Shown here piece by piece: positions 27,147 through 35,766 of a DNA stretch of 64,000 bases (positions are counted from its first letter, which is position 1; every line of letters begins with the position of its first letter). The stretch lies in the sequence record NC_027399.1; one strand, 5' to 3'. Below the pieces are notes generated by a model. The model did not search any database. It was given only the letters and a program-made list of their open reading frames with translations, and was not told the origin of the DNA. Position numbers and translations under genes: made by a program.

Positions 27147-27478
27147 TAATGGGATACCAGTTATTTTTAGATGATATTCGTTACCCATCAAAATATTATA
27201 GTACTGAAATGGTACTATGTAGATCTTATGATGAAGCTGTCAAATATGTAGAAGAACATGGAATTCCAGAATTTATCAGTTTTGACCATGACCTTGGAGA
27301 TACTTCTGATAATGAAAAAACTGGTTATTCATTTGCTAAATTTTTGATTGATTATATGATTGATAATGGCATCAGTAATGAATTCAAATATAATATTCAT
27401 AGCTCAAATCCAGTAGGTGCAGATAATATCGATTCTTATCTAAAAGCTGGTTTTAAATATCTAAGAGAAAATATGTAA
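27143..27478 (+). CDS. Cyclic-phosphate-processing receiver-like domain protein
   Basis: LFLDDIR.P, RSYDEA, ISFDHDLG, TGY..AK and IHSSNPVG. Confidence 0.7.
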   Translation: MIMGYQLFLDDIRYPSKYYSTEMVLCRSYDEAVKYVEEHGIPEFISFDHDLGDTSDNEKTGYSFAKFLIDYMIDNGISNEFKYNIHSSNPVGADNIDSYLKAGFKYLRENM

Positions 27479-27795
27479 TGAAGATTGGTAATCATATTTT
27501 TGCATGTTTTATTAGTATATGTATCTGTTCGGTTGTTGCTGGATTGTGGTATAATTCAATGAGGTACGAAAAACACAATATTAGATATAATTCAGTTAAA
27601 GTTGTTGGTATTGGTCAATGTTCTAATAAAAGTTCGAGTACCGAGTGTTCTTTTTGGTACGAAGATGGAAATTCTACCCAATTTGCAATTTCAGATAATC
27701 CAGTTTCAATTGGTCAAATTGTTTATCAAATGTGCTGGACAGAAAAGGCTCGTGGTGATAGATGTTATGTAAATTACCAAACGAGTAAGCAGTAA
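27478..27795 (+). CDS. Membrane-anchored Cys-containing hypothetical protein
   Basis: N-terminal TM; TAATG coupling. Confidence 0.7.
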   Translation: MKIGNHIFACFISICICSVVAGLWYNSMRYEKHNIRYNSVKVVGIGQCSNKSSSTECSFWYEDGNSTQFAISDNPVSIGQIVYQMCWTEKARGDRCYVNYQTSKQ

Positions 27796-27816
27796 AAAAG
27801 TTGTATTTTAGCAGTT

Positions 27817-27872
27817 CTAAATACATATGAGAACAACATAATATTCTCCCCAACTAAGATAAGGAATATCTT
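27817..27872 (+). promoter_or_regulatory. Late-type promoter (CTAAATA) plus two-hairpin leader of phoH
   Basis: CTAAATA 27817-23; GAGAA/TTCTC; TAAGAT-AAGGAAT-ATCTTA(TG). Confidence 0.6.
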
Positions 27873-29312
27873 ATGAAAAAATATACTATTGACACTAACG
27901 TAGTACTTTCTGATCCAAATGCAATCACTGCGTTTGATGGTACATCTGTTATTCTTCCATTTAAAGTACTAGAAGAACTAGATTCTATTAAAAGTCGCAA
28001 TGTTGACGTATCTCGTGATGCACGTTTTGCAATCCGAAATATTGATGCAATTCTAGCTGATGCAACTTATGAAGAGATTAGAAATACTGGTGTTGATATT
28101 TCAAAAGTACATACGAATATGAGTGCTTCCAGTAAATTATTTGTAATTACCGATGAAGAAGCAGAAGCTTTAATTCGTACACAAGATAAAGAAGAAAAAT
28201 TAGTCACTCTTCTAAAAAGTACAGTTCCTGATGATAAAATCATTTTAGTAGCACTAGCAACTGATTCAGTACTAGTTACAAAAGATATCAATATGCGTCT
28301 AAAAGCACTATCTTATGGTGTTGAGGTTCAAGATTATCGTCATGATGTAGTACTAGAAGATAGTGATCTTATTCATGTCGGTCAACATCATCTTGACATT
28401 GATTTTTGGGAAATGTTTAAAGATATTCCTGATGCAGAAATTAAATCCAATCAAATTGGTAGAAAATTGTATCACTATATCAGTACTGAACTATTAAAAG
28501 ATTCGTTACCAACAAATATGTATATTGGTGATTATTTGTATGATAATTCTGATGTATTGTTTGTATATGATGGTATTGTTGAGCTTGATGATTCAGAAGG
28601 TAATGCAATTGAAGGTGAGTTTTTTGTATTTCAAGATGTAGGACAATCGGTTGCTTTACGTGCTAAAGTTTGGGATATTAAATCAAAAAATATCCAACAA
28701 TCATTAGCAATTAATAGTATTCTCGATCCTGACGTACATCTTACTGTACTTCTTGGTTCTGCTGGTACTGGTAAAACACTAATTACAATTGCAAGTGCAC
28801 TTGAATTAGTACTAGAGAAGAAAAAATATTCTCGTATTATTTTCTCAAAAACTCAAGATTCACAGTTTGAAGATATTGGTTTCCTACCAGGATCAGAAAG
28901 TGAAAAAGTAATTCCTTTCTGTGGTGCAGCAATTGATGCATTAGAGTTTTTACATCGTGATGACCGCGATCCACAAGGTAGTATTGAAGAAATTATGAAA
29001 CGTAATGTTATTCAATTTAAAGCATTGAACTTCGTTCGTGGTCGTAGTTTCACTGATACAATTCTTGTTATCGACGAATTCCAAAATATTTCACCCGCAC
29101 AAGCGAAGACAATCTTGACACGTGCTGGACAAAACTGTAAAGTAATCATTATGGGAAACCTATCACAAATTGATAATAAATTTATTAGTGCAGTGAATAG
29201 TGGTTTAACATATGTTACTGAAAAATTTAAAGATTGGTCCGGTTGTCGTATCATCGAGTTAGAAGGTGTTGTGCGTTCACCATTAGCCGAATTTGCTGAG
29301 AAAAATATGTAA
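27873..29312 (+). CDS. phoH: PIN-PhoH (PhoH2/YlaK-like) ATPase
   Basis: PIN motifs IDTNV, VLEELD, DDKI and TKD.N.R; PhoH motifs GSAGTGKT, RGRSF, DEFQN, GN..QID and RSPLAE. Confidence 0.9.
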   Translation: MKKYTIDTNVVLSDPNAITAFDGTSVILPFKVLEELDSIKSRNVDVSRDARFAIRNIDAILADATYEEIRNTGVDISKVHTNMSASSKLFVITDEEAEALIRTQDKEEKLVTLLKSTVPDDKIILVALATDSVLVTKDINMRLKALSYGVEVQDYRHDVVLEDSDLIHVGQHHLDIDFWEMFKDIPDAEIKSNQIGRKLYHYISTELLKDSLPTNMYIGDYLYDNSDVLFVYDGIVELDDSEGNAIEGEFFVFQDVGQSVALRAKVWDIKSKNIQQSLAINSILDPDVHLTVLLGSAGTGKTLITIASALELVLEKKKYSRIIFSKTQDSQFEDIGFLPGSESEKVIPFCGAAIDALEFLHRDDRDPQGSIEEIMKRNVIQFKALNFVRGRSFTDTILVIDEFQNISPAQAKTILTRAGQNCKVIIMGNLSQIDNKFISAVNSGLTYVTEKFKDWSGCRIIELEGVVRSPLAEFAEKNM

Positions 29313-29318
29313 TAATAT

Positions 29319-29349
29319 TTTCGGTACTGAACAACACTCAGTACCGAAA
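29319..29349. terminator. Hairpin after phoH, probable terminator
   Basis: TTTCGGTACTGA-7-TCAGTACCGAAA. Confidence 0.6.
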
Positions 29350-29372
29350 TTTAAAATAATTAAAAAAAACAT

Positions 29373-29401
29373 TTGACATATCAATCGTTGTATCCTATAA
29401 T
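29373..29401 (+). promoter_or_regulatory. Consensus sigma70 promoter
   Basis: TTGACA-17-TATAAT with an A-rich UP region. Confidence 0.9.
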
Positions 29402-29448
29402 AATCTCATCAACACGAAACACAGAAACAATAAAAGAGGAAATAAAAA

Positions 29449-29745
29449 ATGGCTAAACAAGCAAAGAAAAAAGTTCAAGAAGCTCCAGTTAAAGTTAAAA
29501 AAGCAAAAACCGAAAAACTGTCCAAAGAAGAACGCGTAAGTGCACTGTACAAAGCCGAAGCACAAACAACTCTCCAAACCCTACGTAAGAAAGGTGTGTT
29601 GACCCGCCGCCAACAACGCATGATTGCGTACACAAAAGGTCTTGGTGGTGTCAAAGGTGTACCACTGGTAAATACCTATGAAGTGGAGAAAAAAGGCGAC
29701 AAAAAAGTTGTAGTTCACAAACTCCAACAATGGCATCGTATCTAA
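29449..29745 (+). CDS. Very basic small protein, monocistronic
   Basis: Lys-rich 98 aa; SD AGAGGA. Confidence 0.85.
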   Translation: MAKQAKKKVQEAPVKVKKAKTEKLSKEERVSALYKAEAQTTLQTLRKKGVLTRRQQRMIAYTKGLGGVKGVPLVNTYEVEKKGDKKVVVHKLQQWHRI

Positions 29746-29789
29746 TATAATTTTATAGTACTGTAATTATATTACAATACTTCACATTA

Positions 29790-29812
29790 AATCCCCACTT
29801 TGTGGGGATTTT
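29790..29812 (+). terminator. Rho-independent terminator
   Basis: AATCCCCAC-ttt-GTGGGGATTTT. Confidence 0.8.
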
Positions 29813-29827
29813 CCTTATATAAGGACA

Positions 29828-29959
29828 ATGAGTATGCACCATTTATTTGAAGCTTTTTTGGATATTGTTACCTGTGTTATTCCATCTACTAAGAAAGGTA
29901 CTATCATTTTTCTTGGTATTATCCTATTATTGACAATTGGCTATTTCCTCACTGCATAA
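29828..29959 (+). CDS. Small membrane protein (43 aa, not in track)
   Basis: SD AAGGA; C-terminal TM segment. Confidence 0.55.
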   Translation: MSMHHLFEAFLDIVTCVIPSTKKGTIIFLGIILLLTIGYFLTA

Positions 29960-30036
29960 GGAGTTATAATGAAAAAATTAATCAGAGGTAGAATGACATT
30001 TCATTAAGTTAAACTAACTTAATGGAGATCATATAC

Positions 30037-30585
30037 ATGTTTTTCAACCAAACTTTCGTTTTGTATCATGACAACGGTAATGTAGAAATTACTGATGATT
30101 TATTAAAAACAGTACAGAAATATGGTGGCTCAGAAAAATTTCATAGTCTAATGAAATTTAATCTAGGTTCTTTTGAAGAACGAAAAAGAAAGTATTATCG
30201 TCCTAACGGATATTTTGATTATGAATTCACAAATCATATAGGCTTTTTTCTTTGTAATGAAAAAGGATTACTTATTTCTCCTGATTTATTTTATGGTGAA
30301 TATGAAGTAATCTGGAATAAGTACTGGGAACAGAGAAATCATACTCGTACTATGCATTTCAAACATAATAGATCATGGGTTCATAAACACAATAACACTC
30401 GTTATAAACACCCGCAAACAATGAATGCTCGTAGAGCATCATGTGCAGTATTAAAAGAAGAAGGTGAACCTGAATTTCGAGGTAAACGTAAGGTACGTTC
30501 TATTCCAACGTTGTGGGATGATAAAAAAACTCGTCACGGTACTGGATGGAAGTATAGTACAAAACGCAAACATCAATACAAATAA
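30037..30585 (+). CDS. Hypothetical phage protein with a basic C-terminus
   Basis: SD GGAG; PQT...RGKR...IPTLWDD...WK..TKRKHQY. Confidence 0.75.
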   Translation: MFFNQTFVLYHDNGNVEITDDLLKTVQKYGGSEKFHSLMKFNLGSFEERKRKYYRPNGYFDYEFTNHIGFFLCNEKGLLISPDLFYGEYEVIWNKYWEQRNHTRTMHFKHNRSWVHKHNNTRYKHPQTMNARRASCAVLKEEGEPEFRGKRKVRSIPTLWDDKKTRHGTGWKYSTKRKHQYK

Positions 30586-30632
30586 TCCAAAAGGAGAACA
30601 TTTACGTTCTCCTTTTTCTATTGGACAATTCA

Positions 30633-30986
30633 ATGTCAAAATATAAAAAGAAAATTTTATCAAAAATAATTCATACTGAATCACTTGAAGATGATAATTT
30701 GGATGATATTATTTCAGTACTACTACACTGGAAAGAACAATACCCAAATGAAGAATTACGTGTTGAATATGGTTCTTGTGGTTTAGACCCTTATGGTGGA
30801 TATGATGAATATTATATTATCCGTGATTGTTTAGAAACTGATGAAGAATTTAATACAAGAGTTCAGTACGAAGAAGATAAATTAAGAACTAAAGAACAAA
30901 AAGAAATGGAACGTTTATTAAGATGTAAAACTTTAAACGAATCAAACAAAGAAAAGTTAATCAAATATATCGAGAAATATAAATGA
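30633..30986 (+). CDS. Hypothetical protein
   Basis: ORF track (second Met); ATGA overlap downstream. Confidence 0.65.
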   Translation: MSKYKKKILSKIIHTESLEDDNLDDIISVLLHWKEQYPNEELRVEYGSCGLDPYGGYDEYYIIRDCLETDEEFNTRVQYEEDKLRTKEQKEMERLLRCKTLNESNKEKLIKYIEKYK

Positions 30987-31843
30987 ATCATATTACTGAA
31001 GAAAAAATTCTATATCACGCATTACATAATGGATCATTTACTTTACAAAGTTGTGATTATATTGGTCATACTCAGACATGTATTGATAATCTTTTGAAGT
31101 GTAAATTTCTTACATGGGAAACTAATAGTTTATGGAGTGATTATAAACATAATGATAGTTCTGAATATTATGACATAGCATTTCATCAGTATAAAATCAC
31201 CGAAACAGGTGAAGTTCGTTTAGCCATTTATCGTTTAGCTTATGCACATAAGAATCACAGAGATACTTCTAAACATGTGAAAAGGATGGAACAATTAACA
31301 AAAGTATTGAAACAGTATTCTCTGGATATTGATAACTTCAAAAAGAATTGTACTAAAAATGAAGTGAAAGCAATTAATTATTATAAAGAAAACTATAATA
31401 AAACGGTTGATATTGAAGAAGCGAAAGCTGTCGGTGATGCATTAAAACAAGCTATTCATCCAGTATTCAGTACTGAAAAAATTCAATACAAAAATTCTCA
31501 TCTAAATGATATTGATTTCGGTGATGCAGTACTTAATAATATGTTCCAAATGAGTTCTATGCTTGGTGAAAAAGGTTATGATAAATCCAGAACATGGGAT
31601 TATGTTCTTCGTAAAATTAATGAAGAATTAGGTGAAATGACACTTGAAATGAATGTAGCAGATGGGTTATCATATAAAGAAGCAGGGAAAGATGGCGTAA
31701 AAGGTGAAGCCGTTGATTTAGCAATTTGTGCTATGGATATGTTTGCGTTAGAATGTCCAGGTATGAGTGCTGAAGAAATTGAGCGTGAATTTTTAACATA
31801 CATGAACATCAAACTAGCTAAATGGAGAAAATCAATACAATGA
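30983..31843 (+). CDS. Protein with a C-terminal MazG-like NTP pyrophosphohydrolase domain
   Basis: RKINEELGEM...GEAVDLAICAMD (EExxE...ExxD). Confidence 0.68.
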   Translation: MNHITEEKILYHALHNGSFTLQSCDYIGHTQTCIDNLLKCKFLTWETNSLWSDYKHNDSSEYYDIAFHQYKITETGEVRLAIYRLAYAHKNHRDTSKHVKRMEQLTKVLKQYSLDIDNFKKNCTKNEVKAINYYKENYNKTVDIEEAKAVGDALKQAIHPVFSTEKIQYKNSHLNDIDFGDAVLNNMFQMSSMLGEKGYDKSRTWDYVLRKINEELGEMTLEMNVADGLSYKEAGKDGVKGEAVDLAICAMDMFALECPGMSAEEIEREFLTYMNIKLAKWRKSIQ

Positions 31844-32142
31844 ATAAATTTATTTTTGGCATGGTCTTGATTGGTACAGTACTGTTAAGTGGTTGTGTTA
31901 GTTATTTTGAATGTGATACTTATACACAATACTTACCATTTACTGCTAATGTTCCAGAAAATTGTTATCTTGTGAATAGCGAGATTACTGTTATTAATGG
32001 TATTCCTTCGTTTGAATATATTTGCAATAAAGGAGAAGAATTACAAGAAGGTTCATCTCGTTCTCAATATTTAACTGGTTCTACCCCATATAAATGGCCT
32101 GTAAGTACTAAAGATATTATATTCATAGGTGGTGAAGAATAA
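31840..32142 (+). CDS. Putative lipoprotein
   Basis: Lipobox LSGC after a hydrophobic stretch. Confidence 0.7.
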   Translation: MNKFIFGMVLIGTVLLSGCVSYFECDTYTQYLPFTANVPENCYLVNSEITVINGIPSFEYICNKGEELQEGSSRSQYLTGSTPYKWPVSTKDIIFIGGEE

Positions 32143-32516
32143 TGCGTAAAATTGATTATGTAGCATTTTTATTAAAGGATGGTACTGTAATTGAAAAGCA
32201 CATTATTCGTATGCCAGCGTATAATGAGAAGGGATGGTATAATAGTGTAGTTAGTATTGATGCATTCAACAATCGTGAGTCCGAACGATTTTATCAAATT
32301 AGATGCGTTAAAAAGAAACCACTTCTTGGTTTATTATGCCATTTATATAGATTAACTGAATGGGAACGTGATACACAGTTATCAACTAATCGTATGAAAA
32401 AGTATGATCCTTCATATGAACACCCTTACAATTTAGTACCATGCATTGAGCATCAAAATGTGTTTGACTTTTATAAACACATCGGGTATGATTATAAAAA
32501 GAAGCGATACATTTAA
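32142..32516 (+). CDS. Hypothetical protein
   Basis: TAATG coupling. Confidence 0.7.
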   Translation: MRKIDYVAFLLKDGTVIEKHIIRMPAYNEKGWYNSVVSIDAFNNRESERFYQIRCVKKKPLLGLLCHLYRLTEWERDTQLSTNRMKKYDPSYEHPYNLVPCIEHQNVFDFYKHIGYDYKKKRYI

Positions 32517-32527
32517 AGGTAAATTTA

Positions 32528-33730
32528 ATGAAACTTTGTAAGCATTGCCAGAAACCAAAATTCAAACATCAACGTGAAACACTGAATTGTCCAAGTCCAA
32601 CTCGTTCATTGGCTGCGAATTTTAATAGTACAACTGTATATGATGAATATGAATCCGATCCAGTACATTATGCTATTGCACAAGTACAATTGAAAGCTGA
32701 TATTGCTGAAATTACTGCTGGTCTTGATGAACTTCTTGCTAAAGGTGATATTAACGAACAATCATATAAAATGAATTTAGCAAATGCAACTGCCAATCTT
32801 ACTCGTATTGCTGAAAATAGTAAGCGACCAGAAATTACAGAATCTAATTCAGTACTGTATGTTTCTTTTAACGATGTGGTGTATTTTTATGATGCACAAT
32901 GGGAAGGAAATGCAGTACTAGAAGGTGAAAAAGCAGTAGAAGATTTATATTTTTCTAATAAATTCAAAGAATATTATGATGCTGGTATTGTACCAGTATT
33001 AGAAGTGCTAGATAATGAAAGCACTGAAATGATTAAAGTAATTTATAATGAAGAACGTGCTGAATTTATTTCTGATATTAGTCGTGATGAACATTTGAAA
33101 GAAAGAGATACAAAACAAGAAGAAGTATCTTTATCTGATTTGAATAATGATGATTTTGTACTTCCATTGCATGATAAACAATGGGTACTAAATACTATTC
33201 GAAAAAATTCTGACGATGATTGTGATGTTGAAGAACTTGAATGTGCATTGAAAAGCTGTGATGGATCTGTTGTTCTTGGTAAACCAGATACAGAAAACGA
33301 TGGAACTTATCTAATGCTTGGTATGAAAACCAACGATGGTTTCCTTGAAAATGATTACTGTCTTCTTGATAGCATTTTGCTTAAAGAATGGAGTGTACTT
33401 GAAAATTCAGGGTTGATTGAAATTGGTACTTTTGAAAGCCACATTGACATTGATGAAAGCAAAAATAAAGGCATTACTACTTTTATGTCTGAAGTAATTG
33501 CACGTTCATTATTCAGTACTGAAGCATTGGATATCAAAAGTACTTCTGATTGTAAAGAATTCTTGAAATCAGAATACAATGTACAAAAAGCAAAACGCAT
33601 CAAGAAAGAAAAATGGGGTAAAATTGAGTACCGAATCTTTGAAGATGATAATGGTGAACAGTATACTATTGTCACTTACTGTGATAAGTTGATTTCACAT
33701 TATCCATTTGCTTACAATGAGGATTATTAA
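32528..33730 (+). CDS. Acidic hypothetical protein with an N-terminal CxxC..H..C motif
   Basis: 400 aa; SD AAGGT. Confidence 0.75.
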   Translation: MKLCKHCQKPKFKHQRETLNCPSPTRSLAANFNSTTVYDEYESDPVHYAIAQVQLKADIAEITAGLDELLAKGDINEQSYKMNLANATANLTRIAENSKRPEITESNSVLYVSFNDVVYFYDAQWEGNAVLEGEKAVEDLYFSNKFKEYYDAGIVPVLEVLDNESTEMIKVIYNEERAEFISDISRDEHLKERDTKQEEVSLSDLNNDDFVLPLHDKQWVLNTIRKNSDDDCDVEELECALKSCDGSVVLGKPDTENDGTYLMLGMKTNDGFLENDYCLLDSILLKEWSVLENSGLIEIGTFESHIDIDESKNKGITTFMSEVIARSLFSTEALDIKSTSDCKEFLKSEYNVQKAKRIKKEKWGKIEYRIFEDDNGEQYTIVTYCDKLISHYPFAYNEDY

Positions 33731-33948
33731 TGATCATCTATGCTGTTCAGGAAATTGATTTTTATACTGAAGAATACGACAATCAAAAAATTCGTAAATT
33801 ATTTTTAAATTTAGACGATGCACTTAATTATGTAAAAACTACATATGATATTAAAATTACTAACGTTAATACATGTAAAACATATATAGAAAATGATGAA
33901 GAACGTGGAGAAGTTTCCGTTGGTATTTATGAAATGAGTGTGTTATAA
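33730..33948 (+). CDS. Hypothetical protein
   Basis: TAATG coupling. Confidence 0.65.
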   Translation: MIIYAVQEIDFYTEEYDNQKIRKLFLNLDDALNYVKTTYDIKITNVNTCKTYIENDEERGEVSVGIYEMSVL

Positions 33949-33970
33949 TTAAATAATTTTTAACAAACAA

Positions 33971-34089
33971 GAAAGTACTGTCGCCGTGCATCTGGGTAAA
34001 ATCAGTATAAGTCCGTAAAGCACAATGCCAATACTCAACCATCTCCCTACTCCTTGAGATCTACCAAAGTTGAGGGTGGTAGTACTTTC
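33971..34089 (+). ncRNA. Candidate structured non-coding RNA, family unassigned
   Basis: Intergenic and GC-richer than flanks; 15-bp closing stem with three G:U pairs and four internal helices; extended -10 at 33941-49; T tract after the stem. Confidence 0.6.
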
Positions 34090-34099
34090 ACCTTTTTAG

Positions 34100-34345
34100 A
34101 TGAGAAATATTATGATTTTATTAATTATTACAGTACTGTTAGGATTTTTTAATTGTTTGATTTATTTAAGAATTGAAAAGAAAGAAGGATATTGCTTTCA
34201 TAGTACAAAAGATGGTAAATTAGTTTCAATGTTTAGTATAGAATCTCCATCAATTTGTAAATTCTTTATTCTTTTACAATTCATCCCGTTTGTTAATATT
34301 GTTTTCGCACTTTTATATTTCGTAGATATTCTTAATGGACATTAA
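34100..34345 (+). CDS. Small two-TM membrane protein
   Basis: Hydrophobic N- and C-terminal segments. Confidence 0.6.
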   Translation: MRNIMILLIITVLLGFFNCLIYLRIEKKEGYCFHSTKDGKLVSMFSIESPSICKFFILLQFIPFVNIVFALLYFVDILNGH

Positions 34346-34347
34346 TA

Positions 34348-35004
34348 ATGAATATTAAAACAACAGCAGATAAGTACTGGTTCATTATGAACCACCCAAA
34401 ATTTGTAAATAAAAATTACATTGTACCAAAAATCGAAATTGAACCACATAACGTATGTCCACAAACCAACAGAATTGAATCGTATGAATATTTGAATACA
34501 AAAGTCCAGTACTGGATTGAATTTTATATCCCAGTGCAAGAAGATGGGAAATGGGAAATTGCACATGATTACAAACTCGATTGTGGTGGCGACACCATAG
34601 ATGAAGCAATTGACTGCTTATATAATTCAGTACTAAATGAATATGGAAATTATACACAAGAAGAACTTGACAAAAAGGAGGATGAAGTATATAATTACAA
34701 CAAATCCAAGTTTGGTAGTGCAACAATGTCATATATTTTATCTAAAATTCATGAAGACATGTTTGAATACGTAAATGATAAAATTTTGCCAGATGAAGAA
34801 GCGGAATGCTATAATCATAACACGGTTGGTTATTATGAAAAAAAAATTAAAGAATTAAAAGGAACTTTAAATTCATTGATCGAATTCAAAAGAAATTCAC
34901 CAAAAGAAATGCACAAAGTAATTGACAAAGATATAAAAAACGTAGAACATGACATTTTTGCGAATGAAATGAGTATTAAATTTATGGTGGATTTGGATCT
35001 ATGA
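34348..35004 (+). CDS. Hypothetical protein
   Basis: 218 aa. Confidence 0.75.
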   Translation: MNIKTTADKYWFIMNHPKFVNKNYIVPKIEIEPHNVCPQTNRIESYEYLNTKVQYWIEFYIPVQEDGKWEIAHDYKLDCGGDTIDEAIDCLYNSVLNEYGNYTQEELDKKEDEVYNYNKSKFGSATMSYILSKIHEDMFEYVNDKILPDEEAECYNHNTVGYYEKKIKELKGTLNSLIEFKRNSPKEMHKVIDKDIKNVEHDIFANEMSIKFMVDLDL

Positions 35005-35369
35005 ATAAAGATCTTTCAAAATTAGTTGAAGACCTACGGAATATGCCGAAAATTGAACAAGTTGGTTCGTTTAAACGTTTCTTAGTTATTGCACGTGCAT
35101 TAGATAAAAAGGGACGTGTACTCAGTACCAAAACCAATTCATACACACAAACACATCCAGTACAGAAGAAGTTTGCAGTTAGGGCTGGACGGTGTGAAGC
35201 TGTATGGCTCCATGCAGAAATTCGTTGTTTGTTAGCTGCAAGAAAAGATGTTCATACATTACTAATTGCCAGAATTAACAAAGAAGGTCTTCCTGTTCCC
35301 GCAAAGCCATGTTCTGTTTGTGAACTGGCTATAAAAGAATATGGTGTAAAAAGGGTGATTTATACATGA
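35001..35369 (+). CDS. Zinc-dependent cytidine/CMP deaminase-like protein
   Basis: WLHAEI and AKPCSVC motifs. Confidence 0.78.
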   Translation: MNKDLSKLVEDLRNMPKIEQVGSFKRFLVIARALDKKGRVLSTKTNSYTQTHPVQKKFAVRAGRCEAVWLHAEIRCLLAARKDVHTLLIARINKEGLPVPAKPCSVCELAIKEYGVKRVIYT

Positions 35370-35539
35370 AAAATATTTTTAAAAAAGAATATGATGGTGA
35401 AAGCCTTTGTGATGTTCAACGAGATGTTGTTGAAGCATTCAGTACAGTATTCAATCCAGAAATGATTGATATCCCAGTCGATGAATACGGATTTCAGGAA
35501 GGTACATTTGTTGTAAGTATTAAATGGAAGCCAGAATAA
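35366..35539 (+). CDS. Small hypothetical protein (57 aa, not in track)
   Basis: ATGA and TAATG coupling on both sides. Confidence 0.6.
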   Translation: MKNIFKKEYDGESLCDVQRDVVEAFSTVFNPEMIDIPVDEYGFQEGTFVVSIKWKPE

Positions 35540-35667
35540 TGCGTGATCTTATTATGTTCTTTTCTGCAATCATAGGATTATGTACTTATTATTTTTCCAA
35601 TCATTATATTATAGCTATGGTATTTGCTATTATATATATTGCACTTTACAGTACTGACGACGAATAA
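35539..35667 (+). CDS. Small membrane protein (42 aa, not in track)
   Basis: TAATG coupling; hydrophobic. Confidence 0.5.
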   Translation: MRDLIMFFSAIIGLCTYYFSNHYIIAMVFAIIYIALYSTDDE

Positions 35668-35689
35668 AAGCACCCCAGCGGTGCTTTTT
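35666..35689 (+). terminator. Rho-independent terminator
   Basis: AAAGCACC-ccagc-GGTGCTTTTT. Confidence 0.8.
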
Positions 35690-35724
35690 GTATTTGTACA
35701 AAATATAATCTAAGTGACTTTTTA

Positions 35725-35766
35725 TTGATTTAAATCAAGAATAAAATCACCTTTTAGTGATATAAT
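35725..35766 (+). promoter_or_regulatory. FNR box plus -10 (class II FNR-type promoter) of the nrdD operon
   Basis: TTGAT-TTAA-ATCAA 35725-38, centred at 35731.5; TGaTATAAT with -10 at 35761-66. Confidence 0.8.

Noticed and set aside
33986-34023. c-di-GMP-I riboswitch resemblance (GGTAAA...CGTAAAGC)
   Set aside because: The spacing is too short for the GNRA-capped stem and the second GEMM stem is missing; the element is kept only as an unassigned ncRNA.
33971-34089. Retron msr/msd
   Set aside because: Terminal inverted repeats fit, but there is no reverse transcriptase in the window and no long msd hairpin.
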